Source: Phoronis australis
Lineage: Eukaryota; Animalia; Phoronida
Length of the DNA stretch: 64,000 nucleotides
Assembly: GCA_002633005.1 (NCBI GenBank)
Contig: NMRA01000631.1
Span: 2,256-66,255 of the forward strand
Direction: 5' to 3'
The position numbers and the translations under genes are program-made. The notes under the pieces were generated by a model, which worked only from the letters and a program-made list of their open reading frames with translations, did no database searches and was not told the origin of the DNA. Shown piece after piece: positions 1-14,093 of this stretch; position 1 is the first letter of the stretch; every line of letters starts with the position of its first letter.

Positions 1-233
1 CAAGAATACAACTGGTTAGAACAAGTGCAAATTAAATTTTGCAGGCGTGTATTGGGTGTAGCTAATTCATGCTGAAACAATGCTGCACTGAGCGCATGTC
101 GGCGGTTGCCGTTATTTACTAATCACTATGTTGCCGTGATCACGTATTGGTTCAAACTTCTCAAAATGCCTCCTCGCATGACTTTGACCAAAATGGTCGG
201 CACTCCCGAAATTGAGCCACATCTCGGACTTAC

Positions 234-911
234 ACAGCCGATTTCATAAAGGTGGTTTAATGTTTAACCTGGTTTAAACTGGACTTAGACCAGGCTTCTG
301 CGGATTCTTCAGAATACGACTGGTCGAGCAGCTCGTCATCGTCATAAGCGCTACGGGTTTGACTGAAGACAGCATTTTCTGATTCTTCTGAGTTCCACCT
401 CCATTGGTCTCCGATTTAATGTTGTCAGGAAGGGGTCTTGCCCCCCCCCCTTTGGCCGCGGAAAATAAGCACTGAAATGGCACGGAAATAAATTTGGACA
501 TTTATGATGTTACGGCTAATCGTGAGCATGTACTTTAATGTGTGTATACGTGTGTTGGTCACACACTTTACATTTTTCCTCATGAGAAAAGCTTTTACGC
601 CTTTTTCGCAAATTTCTACACTGATTCTACTATATAGTGTGCGCCATTGTATACCCACGTGATCAAGGTTTCATTGAAGCACTTCAATAGTTTCTTTGTT
701 GGGTTAAACCAGATCGACACAGCAGGGTGGCTTAGATACTTTAAAACCTGGTTTTACTAAACCAGCTCTCTGGTCTAACAAAACCAGGCTTTCAGACTTT
801 TAAACCACGTTGGTGAAATGCAAATTGGGTCTAAAATTAGACCAGGTGTAGGAAGACCAGGTTTAAGTCTTAAACCTGGTTTTTTTAAACCACTTTTATG
901 AAATCGGCTGT
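234..911. mobile_element. Non-autonomous DNA transposon (MITE), probably PIF/Harbinger-type
   Basis: Terminal inverted repeats ACAGCCGATTTCATAAAGGTGGTTTAA (234-260) and TTAAACCACTTTTATGAAATCGGCTGT (885-911). Subterminal AAACCAGG/CCTGGTTT motifs repeat at both ends. Flanks TAC/TAA give only an imperfect TSD. Confidence 0.75.
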
Positions 912-2679
912 TAATGTTTTACTCCACGGTAGAGCTAACGGCTGTCGGCTTGTGCACACAAAAACTGTGAGTTAACCGGCACTCACCTTGCACGTTGCAG
1001 CCGTTTAAGTGAAAAACTATATAGTTAACGCCATTGCATAATCCTCCGCCTTTTGTAACAAAAAAGTCTGTCGTCGATGACCCGCACACGCACTCACTCT
1101 CATACGCAGACGAACATCAAAACAAACGTCACGTTACAACAACGTGTGTTCATCAAGAGATTTTTCTCGTGTTGTGGGGTACGATGTAGCGCAGATTTGG
1201 ATTTAATCGCAATTAATCTGGACTCCACATGAACTTTAAAAATTGTAAAACACAAGGAAGATTTCAGGTAATTTGTTGAGTCGAAACTATATTTTTATTC
1301 AAGAATTCAAGTTTTCCTATTGACGATCGCGATTCAGCGACCTATCCGTCGGCAAGTTTTCGCCCTAGGATTTCAGCACAATTTTTTGAAAAATGATCGT
1401 AATTTAACAACGGAGTTTGATAGCAATGCACCACAATTTTGTTGAAAGGCTGTCATAGGCTACAAATACGTCACAGAGCATAAATTTGATGAATCCTAGC
1501 TTCCGATTTTACCCGGCGTTTCGGAAACCGGGTTTCAACTGCCTTAGGCTACAAAAAGCGTCCCTTCCCGTGAAATTAATTTTTCTAAGCGTTTATTAGA
1601 GCCAATACAGTATACATCTTTCCACCAAGGCTAGGTGATGCAACGACATTATTCTTTGTTGCATTAGTTAACTGGTCTTGGCTCATTATCATTTTATGGC
1701 CTGGTCATCCATTCAGCCAAAAGTAGTTCCAGCGGTGGCTTATCAGCCAATTATTCACGCATGCTGACTCACAATAGAAGCCTGATAAGAGTGAAGGTGG
1801 ATAAATGCGGTGTTCTTACAGTTTCTTGTGGTAGTGGATGTGTTCACGACATGCAAAAGTAAAACGTACCTTCATAAGAAATCACAGTACACAAAAACTT
1901 CGCATATCAATACAGTATCAGGATAATTTATATTTGACACAAATATGTGAGTAATTACATTTATTTGGCTCAAAAAGTGCTCTCTGCTTCTCATGATCAA
2001 GTAGTCGAGGGATTGATGATGAAAGCCGCGCGAAATTAGACTTTCGGATTTAGCTCGCGAGCGTCCTTCAAAAACCCGGATGTGCGAAGACCGTCTGCCA
2101 TGACATCACGGAATCACGTCCTTGAATTTGTGATTTTGGCATTCTTTTGTCATTTTTGTCGCCAAATCACCACTCGACGGCAATTTGAAGAGATCGAATG
2201 AAAGAAAGCCGGTATTCTAAGAGTTGTCCGATGCTAGTTTCGTGGAGTTCCATGCACATTTGAGTAGAAAATTCTGAACAAACAGAATTCGAGTGTCCAA
2301 CCTTTATGTTTTCTTATTATATATTATTGAGTGACGTCATTTGCGATAAACCCAAGCGCCTGTGGTACATAGTAAACGCTCAGAATAGGGTTAATAACCC
2401 TAGGGTCTTGCTAGAAAAGTAGAACTTCACGAGTCTACGCGAGATATTGCCGTGTGTTTCACATGAGAGCATGTGATTTTGGCTTGATTTTCTCGCCGCG
2501 ACACAGGTACTGAACTCTACCCAGATTACTGTGGTTGACTCGAGTCAGATTGTAAACAAGTCACCGCGTAAGATAGTCAGGTGTCCCAACCGTGACAATT
2601 GAGCCACTTTTTGACAAGTAATTTCTCAGCAATTGGCAAACAAAATTCGTGGATCTTCAGGGTGTCACCAACAAGTTTA

Positions 2680-3810
2680 CAGTGTCTCAGAAAAAATGTA
2701 AAACATGTGGAAGTACTGTGAAACTCAACTTGATACAGCACTAGGAAAAATGCAATATCACTGTGACTTATCGTGTCCATGCTCTGGTCGGCTGGCATCT
2801 GTCCGCCGGGACTCAAAAATTTGCCTGCCTAGGTCTTAAGTCTATTATTTTTTATTGTCAGAGCTTGCTCCAAATTCTGTCCAATGCCTTTGAGTGAAAG
2901 TGATAAATTTACTACAACTGAAAACTTTTTGAAGGAGAAAGGGCCGGGACGCGGAGGACTGAATCGTAACACAGTGAGGAAAAGTTACCAGGAAAAGGGT
3001 GGAGTTGGGCTACTGTCACTATAGACTTAATTACTAAAATACGCAACACAGGGTCTATTGCGCGTAAAAGTGACAGTGGGAGGCCCAAGACTGCCATGTT
3101 GGAAAGAAAACGAGGATCGTGTTGAGGACTGACGATTCAATCCCAGGGTGACCCGGGGAATCACAAATCTCTGCGGAGAGAAGTGAACGCAAGTCGATTT
3201 ACAAGTGAGCAAGTCTTCTGTGCAAGGGAGCTAATCCTTTACAGAATGTGGGTATCATATAGAGAGATCAAAATGTTAGAAAGAAAAGAAACTCTCGATG
3301 TCCGAGTCGATACTAGCATGACCGCTATTCAGCTACTCAGTTGTGAAAAGAATCATTTTCACTGATGAATCGCTAAAATCGACAAAACGGTCGTGTTTAG
3401 GGAAACAAAAACGAGAAATTCAGCCTTCTCGACTCGTCATGAGACTTCCAAATATTCCCGGGAATAATTACGTGTTTTAGCAAGATGGGGCTAATTGAAA
3501 CAAACAAATGCCAGGCTGATATAGAGGAAGCCATACCAAAAATCATAAACAAGGGTGAGTGGTCTCCGCTCAGTCCCGACAGCAATCCAATGGACTATGC
3601 CATTATGGGACTCACTGGAGGAGAAAGTTTACCGGGGGAATGAGAGACAAACTGACTAGCAGAAGTCAAGTTAAAAGACAGGATAAATATATTATGTCCT
3701 GGGAGGAAATCTCCATGGAAGAAATACGGAAAAGCATTTGTGGTTGGAAGAAACGGCTCCGTTTAGTTGCGGAGGAAGATCAAGGCCACACTAAGCACAG
3801 ACTGAAATAA
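2680..3810 (+). mobile_element. Degenerate Tc1/mariner-superfamily transposase
   Basis: TA|CAGTGTCTCAGAAAA start. Frameshifted fragments read KIRNTGSIARKSDSGRPKTA (HTH region), EWSPLSPDSNPMDYAI (WPPxSPDLNP motif) and WEEISMEEIRKSICGWKKRLRLVAEEDQGH (typical C-terminus). Confidence 0.8.
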
Positions 3811-4090
3811 GAGAGCTTCCCTTTGATATTTTGTTTTTTGACCTGATGTTTTTAATTTGACAGTACTCGCACATTTGGACACAGATCTCTGTGATATCTT
3901 GCACATTTGTTGATGGTATCCTAAGGCGCATCTGTAAGAAATTTGAAAAAATCGGTTCATATGTTGCTGAGAAATTACTTGTCAAAAAGTGCCTCACTTT
4001 CTTGGTACACTTATATGCCTCTTTATCAAGCAGTCGCAGGAATTCTCGCCGTCTGTGAAGGCCACAGAATGCGACACACGGGGGCACGCA
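3811..4090 (-). mobile_element. Possible integrase zinc-binding (Ginger/KRBA2-like) fragment
   Basis: NVQDITEICVQMCEYCQIK resembles the CxxC half of an integrase HHCC domain; degenerate. Confidence 0.35.
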
Positions 4091-5505
4091 GTTCGATTAC
4101 TGGCTGCATGGGTGAAAAAAAATTAGCAGACGTTCTACAACAAATTCTCTTGACGTCTTGCGGAGTGGAAGACTAGTAAGCGATATTCACTCACGACATC
4201 GTGGATTAATCGACACGCCCGTGGCCCAAGTACTTTTGAAAGCTTTCGCGTAAACAGAATCGCAAATAGCCTATCAATGACTTTGTTGTACTTCAAAGTT
4301 GTTTTTAAGCTCAAATGCCGATGTGGCAGTGTATCCCTGGTCGTAACATGGGTGATGAAAAGTTGTCTATTTAAGTTTTCACAAAACATTTTAAAGACTT
4401 ATCTCCTTGTAATTTATTGTAAAGCAAGTATCAGAACAAAAAGGAAATGAAGGAAACACGTAGGTCTAGAGGGAGTGAAACATCAGCGAAAGTAAAGCTA
4501 AAGCATGAAAACTATTCAAGGAAATGGATGAACGGCGGACACAAGTTGATGACCCATAGATCTTCAAAATTGACCCATTCATTTGAGGACTTGTGGATCA
4601 ATTGACCCATTTTTTCTAAAACGAATCTGCCATCAAGAGACATGCATGTATCGCATCACATTCGAACAATTTTCCCCAAGATTATTTTAACTGATTTATG
4701 CCGATACCGCACGTGTGAGAACTTTTGAAGATTAACCCGTGTATGTTCTGAGAACATTTTAAAAGACTAGTTCTTGTGATTTAATAGTACTTTTTCTTGT
4801 AATGTAACTTAACCACATCCTCATTGGGCGGTTCTACGGGCATGCTTCAGTGGGTATGAACTAGGCCTATCTGCATGGAGGGCACAACCACCTGTAGGTC
4901 TCTGGCACAACGGCGCCGTTGCGGTAAACTACTTTACGTCGCTAAAATCACTTACAGCTATTTATCACGGCATAAGTTTCAAGAAATTCGGGCCATAGCA
5001 GCGCTTACACAAAACTTTCAGAATATTTCCAAGAGAACGGGTTTTGCTTCAGGGGCGTTCCACAGTTCGACTCCTTGATATTTATAAAAATGCGGATTGC
5101 ACTTGTACCCTTTTGTCTAAAACTTGATTTAATCGTCGAATAATCAAGCTCCAGGTTAGAGGCGGTGAATAATCCCGAGGTTGAACTCTCCATTCGCTTC
5201 ATCGTGTTTCATCCACTAACTCGTGGAATGAGCAAGGAGCCCAAACAAAAGGTTCCATTACAAAACGATAGTTTCTAAAGATGACGCAGCATGGAACTAA
5301 AATTAGTTTTTCGGTTGATATGTCTATTACTCGGTCTCTGCCAAGTTTGAAATTCATTTTTACATACGTAACGAAGTCTAGAAAAGTCCGAGAAAAGAGG
5401 TGCCTAAATGTAACTGGAATTACTGTGAGGCTACAAAACTAAAATGGTGCATTTCGCTTCTTTAGTATGACGTCATTTTGGATCCAGTCAGACTGAGAAA
5501 CTAAA

Positions 5506-5747
5506 CTTTTTGCTCTTATAAAATCGGTTCCATAATATTCCATACTTTGATGTGATTCCATTTCTGTTATCAAACGAACTCAACTCATAGGCAGTGCGTG
5601 TACCTGCAACTGGGCAACTTCAATAAACTCTGAAGCGTTGTGTTTGGTCGCTGGTACTGGTAGTTTCGATGTTCTTGTTGTTAACGGAAATGGAATTCTA
5701 TGACAGTAAGAAATGTTATCATGAGACCGATTTTATGAGAGAAAAAG
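5506..5747. mobile_element. Small MITE; related partial copy near 46670-46810
   Basis: Imperfect TIRs CTTTTTGCTCTTATAAAATCGGTTCCATAATA / TATCATGAGACCGATTTTATGAGAGAAAAAG. AAAATCGGTCTCATAATATT recurs near 46671. Confidence 0.6.
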
Positions 5748-8163
5748 ACCTAATTAGATTATGGTTATTGAAACAGGGTGCAATGTAACTAAAACTGAAC
5801 CATACAAACAAGGCATCGTGCTTATAAGTTTTTAACAAAAATAATCACCATGATTTGAACCAGTTACATAACCTTTCCAATAAAATCAGTGAAAATGTGT
5901 ACAGCTTATTTTCAACGGAAGAGTTAAACTATAGGTTTAATCTGGAAGTATACTACTGCGCAAGCATCCTTCCTGCACACGAATAGTAGGTTTAGTCTAT
6001 ATCATAGGCAAGAACTTCTGCACAATGATTTCTTTTAACTATAAATTGTACGTCATCGTGATTCAGTTGTAATAGCTTAATGATTCATCTGACCAACACT
6101 TGTTGTTGTGCTTCTAACAGAAATGTACCCGACTCAGTATAATGGAGGAAGGTATGGTATCAAAAGGTTCAGGCTGTCGTCTACAAAAGGAAAAGGCATT
6201 TGAGTGAATAATATTGATTTCATAAAGCTGTTTGTAACGTAAAGTTCTATGTAGAATTTGATAATGTAAATATTGGAGTGTCACTGGTTCGATTGCAAGG
6301 TAACATGTAAAACTGCTTCCAAAATTCTCTATCACAGATAAAACCCAAAACCTCTGTGTATTTGCATTGGGTTGCTGGGCCATTCAAAATTTGCGCACAA
6401 TATGCAATAAAAGGATTAACCCCCAATGGTGTTAACAAAATAGTAGACATGGAACAAGTGGAGCAACAACACTTTTAAATCATTTAGTGCGACATATTTG
6501 TCTGAGAAATGATTTTACAGGCATCCTAAAGTAAAGATTCTTCCACCCACATGGCTATTAAACTCAATCGTTGGCTCCGTGCTTTTTTCAGTTTGTTCAA
6601 AAAGGAAATTGAACTACGCCAAGACGTACGATGACACTTGGCGTACCTCAATCTCCAACTGCTCCCCCACTGGTTTAGGAGCATTGGTAATTGTCCATTG
6701 TGGTGCACGTCATAATTAATGAGAAGCAGAATTCAATCTAATGCTGGTCCCAATGTACAAGACTGTAGATAATTAAGTTTATTTTGTTGAGCAGATTTCA
6801 AGGTTAACCAACAACCCCCCCTCCTCGAATCCCCTAATCTCGTCGACCAGTGCAAGTTTCAACTTAGGATTCTGTTCATGACCAGCGTTGTAATATTTCA
6901 ACAGGTATTTTTGTTACTTTTACAGTACACTCACCAGAAATTGACTTCTTTCATTTTTGGAACTTTTCGTCATATCCTGGAGTTTCCGATAGCTAATCTT
7001 GCCTTCAAGTTTCAAAATTGTGCGACTCTTTCTATGAATACCTCTAGATTTTTTTGTTTCTTCAAGATTTTCGTGGGACCCATCATCTAGCTCAACAAAA
7101 TTCACCTACTTGCTAAAAATGACCAAATACCAAGAAACAAACATACGTCGTATTTTGTACAACGTTCCCACTTTGGTTTACTTTAGACATAATCAAGCAC
7201 CTCTTTAGTTTTTCTGTTCTCAATTCCCACAATTCATTTGTTTTTTCAGTCAGCTATCTCAGTTTCTTAAGTTTTTTTCAAGAATTTCAGGCTTTTTCCT
7301 AAGCAGAGCATGACCTGTACTATCCAAAAATGGTCACTAACAGTGAAGTGGACAGCAAGATTAGCAATCTCAGGTATTTGACTGTAGTATATTGTTACTT
7401 TACTTAATTCTGATGTCCTTTTACCCTCTGTAGGGGGTAGGGAGTCCCTTGAATTTTTATAAATCCTCATATGGCCTATTAACCTCTAATACCCCACTGA
7501 TAACTTGACAAGCTATATGTATTTTTGCCCGATGGTCAGTTGGGGTTGTGGGTTTAAAATGCACCCATTCCAACATGAATGTGGTCAAAACTTTAAATTT
7601 AGCAACATTAACCTTTAAAAAAAGGATTTCTATTCAGTTTAGCAAAAGCTAAAACACATGGTTTAACCAATTCAGCCCTAATGCAGATTTCAAGCCATTC
7701 TTAGCACTTCAAAGGAGCATCCCAATCCCCCAACAGGAGGTGCTCCAAGTGTATAAACCATAGACATCACATTATTAAGATGTATGGTATAAACATTGTC
7801 TATGGATTAATAACAAAACTATTTTCTGTTTACACAATAGATGTATTTCATAACGTATCACAAAGACCTTTTTAACAGCACTAAATAAACGTGAAAATAA
7901 AAGTAAAGGCAGTCCTGACGAAGGTCACATTCAGATCCGAAACTTTTCTGGCACATCCCTTCAATCTCACGCAAGTTTACAAAAACTTGTAAAGGTTTAT
8001 TCACTGCATAGCATCTGCTTATACAGCCATTTCTTAGCAATAGAATATCTGCATTTCATAACATGTATTTACTATAAGATTTTGAAAACAAAAAATAAAA
8101 GAAAAAGACAATTCACTCATACGATGGGACAGCAAACTTCCACACCTGATAATATCTACAGAA

Positions 8164-8298
8164 TTAAGATTCCACGCTTTGAAGGAATAATACAGGCTTG
8201 CATTTAATGGTCACTTGACTTCCAAGGCCACGGATAACTGGCAGGGTAAGAGCCATTTGGTCGACGATTTCTGTAGGTGCATTTATGAACATGTAAAG
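8164..8298 (-). CDS. Tandem muconolactone-isomerase-like domain protein, exon 5 of 5
   Basis: Acceptor TTTCTGTTGCAG, phase 0; LYMFINAPTEIVDQMALTLPVIRGLGSQVTIKCKPVLFLQSVES*. Confidence 0.85.
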   Translation of the reverse strand, partial: LYMFINAPTEIVDQMALTLPVIRGLGSQVTIKCKPVLFLQSVES

Positions 8299-9329
8299 CT
8301 GCAACAGAAAAACACAAACATTAAAGCCTTGAACGTTTTTGATAGAAAGCTACTTGAATGAGTCGTGGGGTATGAGAATGCGTTTGCCTTCTACTTTGAA
8401 CTTTAATCAACACCATTAAAAGGGGTTGATTTGTAGGGAGCTTCTGTGAAAAGTAAATCTTTGGTTGGTCTACTAAAACTGACACAATCGTTACGCACCC
8501 GCGCTGTGGCGGGAATGAGTATGCCGATTGACTGGTCGGCCAGTCAGGAGCCGTATCGTTGTCAGTTTGATAGTGGCAAACCAATGTTTACTTAGCACAG
8601 CTCTCTTATTGTCTGCTTTCATCTGATAAGCTCAAGTAACCCAGTGATTATGTTGTAAACAGCATGCCTGACGTTAACCGATCTTTAAAATTACTATTTG
8701 CAAGGGACTTTCAAGAAATGTTGTGAGGCAGATGTGTTTTGTATGATATACTTTCACAAAAAAACTTCGAATGGAGAAAAACGGTTGCCTTTCAGAGAAA
8801 TTACTCTTAACTTTCACTTGCTGAAATTTGTGTGACTGTAGTTCTGACCAGCTTAACCAGAGTATTGTGTGCTAACATAAAAGAGTGCTTGACAAGTTTA
8901 ATCCACCTTGATTCTAGATTAGATAGTGATAGTGGAAATTTCTTGATTTTTACACTCCAGGTGAATGGTACCTAATGGTTTGTTTATTGGATTTAAATGA
9001 AATAAGCAACACTTTGGAATGCAGTCTTTTCATAACACAACAAATCTGAATAAATCTGAAACTCTTTTATGCATTTCAAAGTTTCTTAGTGTGCACTGGA
9101 AGCCTAGTTTTAGGAATACGAAAGTTGTCAACGAGACCACCTACCAATGTTTCATACTCATGTTTGCACCATCAATAAAATAAGACAAAAAATAGTTGTG
9201 AAACCAATGAGGTGAATTTATTTCACTTCGGCACTTGACTGAGAGTGAAGTTTGTTACATGGTTTTCCAGTGATGAACACCTTTCCTAGATAGTTCTCCA
9301 AATATTGTTGACACGCAATCAAGTGCATG

Positions 9330-10146
9330 AAAAATATAGTAAAACCATCTTTAGGCTTTCATCTCTACCTTCTCCCAGCTTTCGGCGATTTCTAAAGTTC
9401 TTCTTAGGGTGAGATCCTACCCTTCTTCATTTGTCAGGCGATAACAGTGTTCACTTGGGGTACAAAGTGTTCGTTCAGTTTCTGGACTGCCAAGTCGTAA
9501 TCTTTGGCTGTGCACCTGTCCGTTAAGGTCCAAAAAATGTCCTGTACATGGGAACCAGCGTAATATAACAGCGCCTTTGGCAATTCTTGTCAGAACCTGT
9601 CTCTATGATCAGGACTTTTCTATCGGCAAACAGCTCGAATGATTTCAACCACCGCTCCCATCTTGGTCCTACCGTGGCTAGATTGGAAAGAGTCGAAGTT
9701 TCGGAATATGTGAAAAATCTCCTTCTGCCATCTTCAAAAAGTTTCAGTGAAAATATATCCTCATCACCAATGAAACGTCATCGGTGAACGAAGAATATAA
9801 AACCAATTGAATTATATAAGAATTACAGGCAAAGTAATCAGCATTAAAGCAAGCGACATCCAAGTGACTAAAACACATGAAGGAGGACTATTTATACACG
9901 CCATAAGGACATACGACATAGTAACATGGACAAAGATGGCAGATTATTATTAAGTTACCCTGTTTGGCTGGAATTATTAGCTTGGGTCAGACTTATCCAA
10001 ACTATCCACTTAATTGGATATGTTCAGAAATGGCACCTAAGTTTCGTAGGGACTCATGGCACACGAAAACCTACCTATCTGAGTGGTACGCTTCTTATAT
10101 ATCAACTATGTAAGTACCGTACTCCCAGGCCCGGTAATACACAACA
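9330..10146 (-). mobile_element. Ty3/Gypsy LTR retrotransposon 5' end: LTR (10146->9771), PBS, degenerate gag
   Basis: The minus-strand LTR reads TGTTGT...TTTCA, then T, then PBS-like TGGTGATGAGG (9769->9759). ATG at 9731; gag fragments GPRWERWLKSFELFAD and VQDIFWTL...KDYDLAVQKLNEHFVPQVN. Confidence 0.75.
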
Positions 10147-10159
10147 CATCAGCTTCGTT

Positions 10160-11530
10160 TGATCAGTTTATTTATTAATTTATTTATTTTTTAATACATT
10201 TTATTTCTAAATACACTAATATTTACAAACAATAAGATCTTTGCAAATGAAACACAGGCACACACACACACGCACACACATATCTAAAATATAGAAATTC
10301 ACGGTTGGTCTCAAATAAATAGGCATTGATGGTTTCCCAAAAGGCAGTTTTGCGGGGTTGTATATTCCTTACTTTACAATAATTATACAAGAAACATTGA
10401 AATTGTGAATATCTAGGAATAATCTGGTTTCTAGAACATTTATAGATGAAATACTGGCAAATAGTTAATATGGTATTGATATCTTCAAAATTACATCCAA
10501 AATATGCTGTCAAAATAACATTTCTATCTAAGATTAAATCATGTTGTGCAGTTACGTAAATTAAAATTTTCTGAATTTCACACCACAAAGTTTTCACAGA
10601 ACCACATTCCACAAACATATGGTTAAAAGTCTCAACAGTTCCACAAGATGCACACTTGTCATCACTGACTAAGTTCATCTTTTTCAAAATAAGTTTTGTA
10701 AACACTTTTCTATGAATATAGAAGTACTTAAAGGTTTTAACATAAGGAGGTAACAAGAGTTTGTGTGGAAGAACATAAATTTGTTTAATTCGTTGTCTAG
10801 AGTAAATGTCAGTTAAGATGTATTCTATATCAGGAGGCAAACAATTTTGGAAAGCAAAATATTTTTAGAAAACAAATTAGTAATTTGGCATGACTGGGGA
10901 TGTATGCATTTTGAAATTGAAGGATCAGCTTTCAACTTAATCGCACGTCTCAAAGCAGCATAATGAATCCAATTTGAAAGCTTGTATCTATTTTTCAAAA
11001 CCTCCCAAGTCAGAAATTTATTTTCAAAGTTCAAAAGATCCTTCACAAAAGTAATACCAGCCTCAAAGAAACTATTAAAGAATACAGTCCTCCTATTAAT
11101 CGATATGTTTTTGTTATTCCACACTACTTGGTTTACAATTGTTATGTCCTTATGTAAATGAGCACTAATTTCTTCCCAAGCAATCAAGATGTCAAGATAG
11201 AAGGTATCAATATTTGCAAGAGACAGCAATTTACAATCATAATTTGATTTAAAGATCAAAATACCTCCATATGCTTTGAAAACATACCCTGGAAACACTT
11301 TGAAAACTTCATTGTTTCCATCTAAGCAACGCGTAACCCATTTAACTAATAATGACTTGTACATAATATTTATATCAGGAACTGACAAACCACCATTTTC
11401 ATGGGTATTTACAGCCACATTTGTTTTATTCTAAGTGGTTTATTTTGCCAAACAAAATTTTTTATCATAGTATTTATCTTAGCTCTACGTTCACTGTCAA
11501 TTCCTAAATTGCTCATCACATAAATTATTT
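10160..11530 (-). mobile_element. 5'-truncated L1/Tx1-clade LINE, ORF2 C-terminus
   Basis: ORFs 10825-11418 (GGLSVPDINIMYKSLLVKWV, WNNKNISIN) and 10223-10840 (CASCGTVETFNHMFVECGSVKTLW zinc knuckle). A-rich tail at ~10165-10195. Confidence 0.85.
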
Positions 11531-11952
11531 CAGTTTATTCTTGAAGTGACGGTTATCTACAAACGATAAATACAGTTCGTCAGACGACGGAACCAAACAA
11601 TGTTCTCAAAACGTTACCCAATAGTCAATACGGCTAGCACACAGGACTCGAACCGCATTAGACAAACCCACCACAAAACAGCCGTTACAGTTCAACAATT
11701 AAACACTAGGCATACAATATCCAGCAGACCTACATGAATAGACTAAACGCAAAGCCTTAACTGAATTTCATGTACTTACAGGAGTTTTCCACGGGGCCCA
11801 GCCTAATAATCTCTCTACAGTGCTTCAGAACATGTTGAAACCAATATTCGAAAATGAGCGCTGTAAATGATTGCTCAAGCTAAAAACCATCAAAATGGTA
11901 CTGCGATTGGTTAGATTACAATGGTAGCATCTATTTAGTCAATAAACAATTC

Positions 11953-12261
11953 CTAGGAGCGGGGGGGGGGGTAGACAGCAATTACAATGCACCCTGGAAA
12001 CGCCCTAAGATGTACATACAACGCCCCTAGTGGACATAAAGATCCTAAACAAAAGACTTCTAAAGCTCCTGCATTAACACTCCCTATGTTTAAAACACAC
12101 GATGCAAAGTGCATTTTTCGAGCCCACTCACTCACACTGTCAACCCTGTAAACTGGACAAACGACTGACATCATTAACGGTATAAAGTCAATTCCAGAAT
12201 TTAAGTGAATAAAGGCATCATGTTGCACCACAACCCACCAGTTGATTACAGATACATACAC
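11953..12261 (-). mobile_element. Degenerate LINE AP-endonuclease fragment
   Basis: VYRVDS...LEVF...CIVIAVYPPP resembles the YRxDR / LE / AVYxPP motifs of CR1/Rex-type endonucleases. Confidence 0.45.
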
Positions 12262-13260
12262 TTAAACAGTAATACACACATTAGCTCAACTGAGTGACTG
12301 GGAATGATGTGGAACAGAACAATTATGAGTATGTATTTAGACGGAACAATGTATTGCTCGTTAGCTGTCCTAATGACTGATCTAAAGAGACTCATCTTTC
12401 ACACCAGATCATACTTTCTGAGTGTTCAACTATCGGAGTATACTTTAAAGAAAGGGAAAAGTTTACCAAGCAGATGAGTCAATGACATTGTAAGGATTTT
12501 TACAAGAACACTCTTCAAAGTGGCGACATTCTCATTGTTTTCTTTTCCTATTTATGTAAAAGAAATAGGAAGCACAAGAGACTGAAAATGGTGACTGGAC
12601 AGGCCATATTGACAATGTGTCTAACTTTATTTGTTGGTAATCTATAACCTCACTGTGAATTTTTCAAAACTTTCATGAATTTTTATTGTATGCAAATCAA
12701 CTTTTAGTGACATCAGTGTGAATTTAAAAAATGAGTGTCTGCAAATTTGCAAAACCAAGTATGTTTAGTTTGAGCTAGTGCTTCAGTTAAATGTGTGTAA
12801 AAACCTGTCTCTAAAATCCTGTTACTTCTAATAAGCATGAAAACACAAAACCTCCCACAATGGAGCAGTAACCCATCCAGCATTTGAGAAGGGAATGAGA
12901 CCCTGCCTTAACCATGTATGACTATCATAATTGGAGACCTAATCAGGCCAACTTCATGAGATCAATCATATATACTCCATAGTTCGTCTAAAGCCCAAAA
13001 ATTACTTCCATCCCAGCTAGAGGGAAGAGGGCAATTTTCGTTGTGATAGGTGTTTAATTCTGATATCATAACTTTTCACAATAAGTGCTGAAAACAGGGG
13101 TTTTGTGTCTTCAAGACAATCAATTTTGGCCAAGGTGAGCACCATGACTTTCACAAACCATTACTATGGTGTAGTAAATCTGGAATTATAAAGCAGAATG
13201 TCATATGACTCATGGCCTCTAAAACATAGCACATTGATGATACTCGTCATTTCAACTCAC

Positions 13261-13373
13261 CCTTCGCTCATTAACTACTTTGAAGGCTTCAACTTCAAGA
13301 CCTTGCTTCCTCCTACAGAAAAGCAGTTCTGATTCTTCCTTAAGAATTGCTTTAAACTCATCTATAGTCTTTC
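13261..13373 (-). CDS. Tandem muconolactone-isomerase-like domain protein, exon 4 of 5
   Basis: Acceptor TTTTGTTTTCAG, donor GTGAGT, phase 1->0; (G)KTIDEFKAILKEESELLFCRRKQGLEVEAFKVVNERR. Confidence 0.85.
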
Positions 13374-13947
13374 CTGAAAACAAAAGGATTGAAGTAAAGT
13401 CAGGTCTCCAGTTATTTCTGATTGCTCGTCAGCACATGGTTTGCATGGCAAATAAAAGAATTTCCAAGGACATCATGACAAATGTGTGAGAGATGCTTCA
13501 TAACTGTCACTATATTCATACATAAATACGCATACAGCCAGCCAGAGTACTTTACTGATATGAAATCGTCTAGGATACTAATCAGGATTTTTGTGTTCAA
13601 GATGTGAGACTTACACGGAGTTCTGACCTTGTCTTAGTGTCAGGGTGCCTGTGTAAGAAGTATTATACCCATTAATTTGAATGAAATCAGAAGACGTTAG
13701 ACTATATAGATTTTGGAGACAATTGAATTCTAACACTGAACTAATGTCATTTGCTTAGCACACTTTTACGTAAAGGGACAGGTTCCACGTCACATGTCAT
13801 ATGGATGTATACAGACGAAACGCATACAGTAGTGATCGCACTAAGAGTGACCGATGCCCTGACCAATGATAAGTCTAGTCTCTTCAAAGAAGTACCTATT
13901 GTATATCAAAATATATTGGCTAAACATATCACATTAATTGTAATTAT

Positions 13948-14093
13948 CAGTGGTGGATTTAGAGGGGGGGCCAAGGCCCAACTTAAAATTCTCCCATATA
14001 AAATTTGGTAATTCGGGGTGTAGGTGTTTGACGGGCAAATTCCTGGCTAATACTCTGCCCGCCCCCCAACTCAAAATCCTGAATCCGCCCCTG
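13948..14093 (+). mobile_element. hAT-type MITE family A, copy 1
   Basis: CAGTGGTGGATTTAG...CTGAATCCGCCCCTG termini; same internal sequence as the copies at 16502, 21841 and 24640. Confidence 0.8.

Noticed and set aside
1150-1275. Plus-strand first exon ending CAG|GTAATT at 1267
   Set aside because: No downstream coding exons could be linked to it.
6050-7260. Genes from short minus-strand ORFs (also 12800-13180)
   Set aside because: Stop-riddled, with only faint LINE/Gypsy-like resemblance; too decayed to call.
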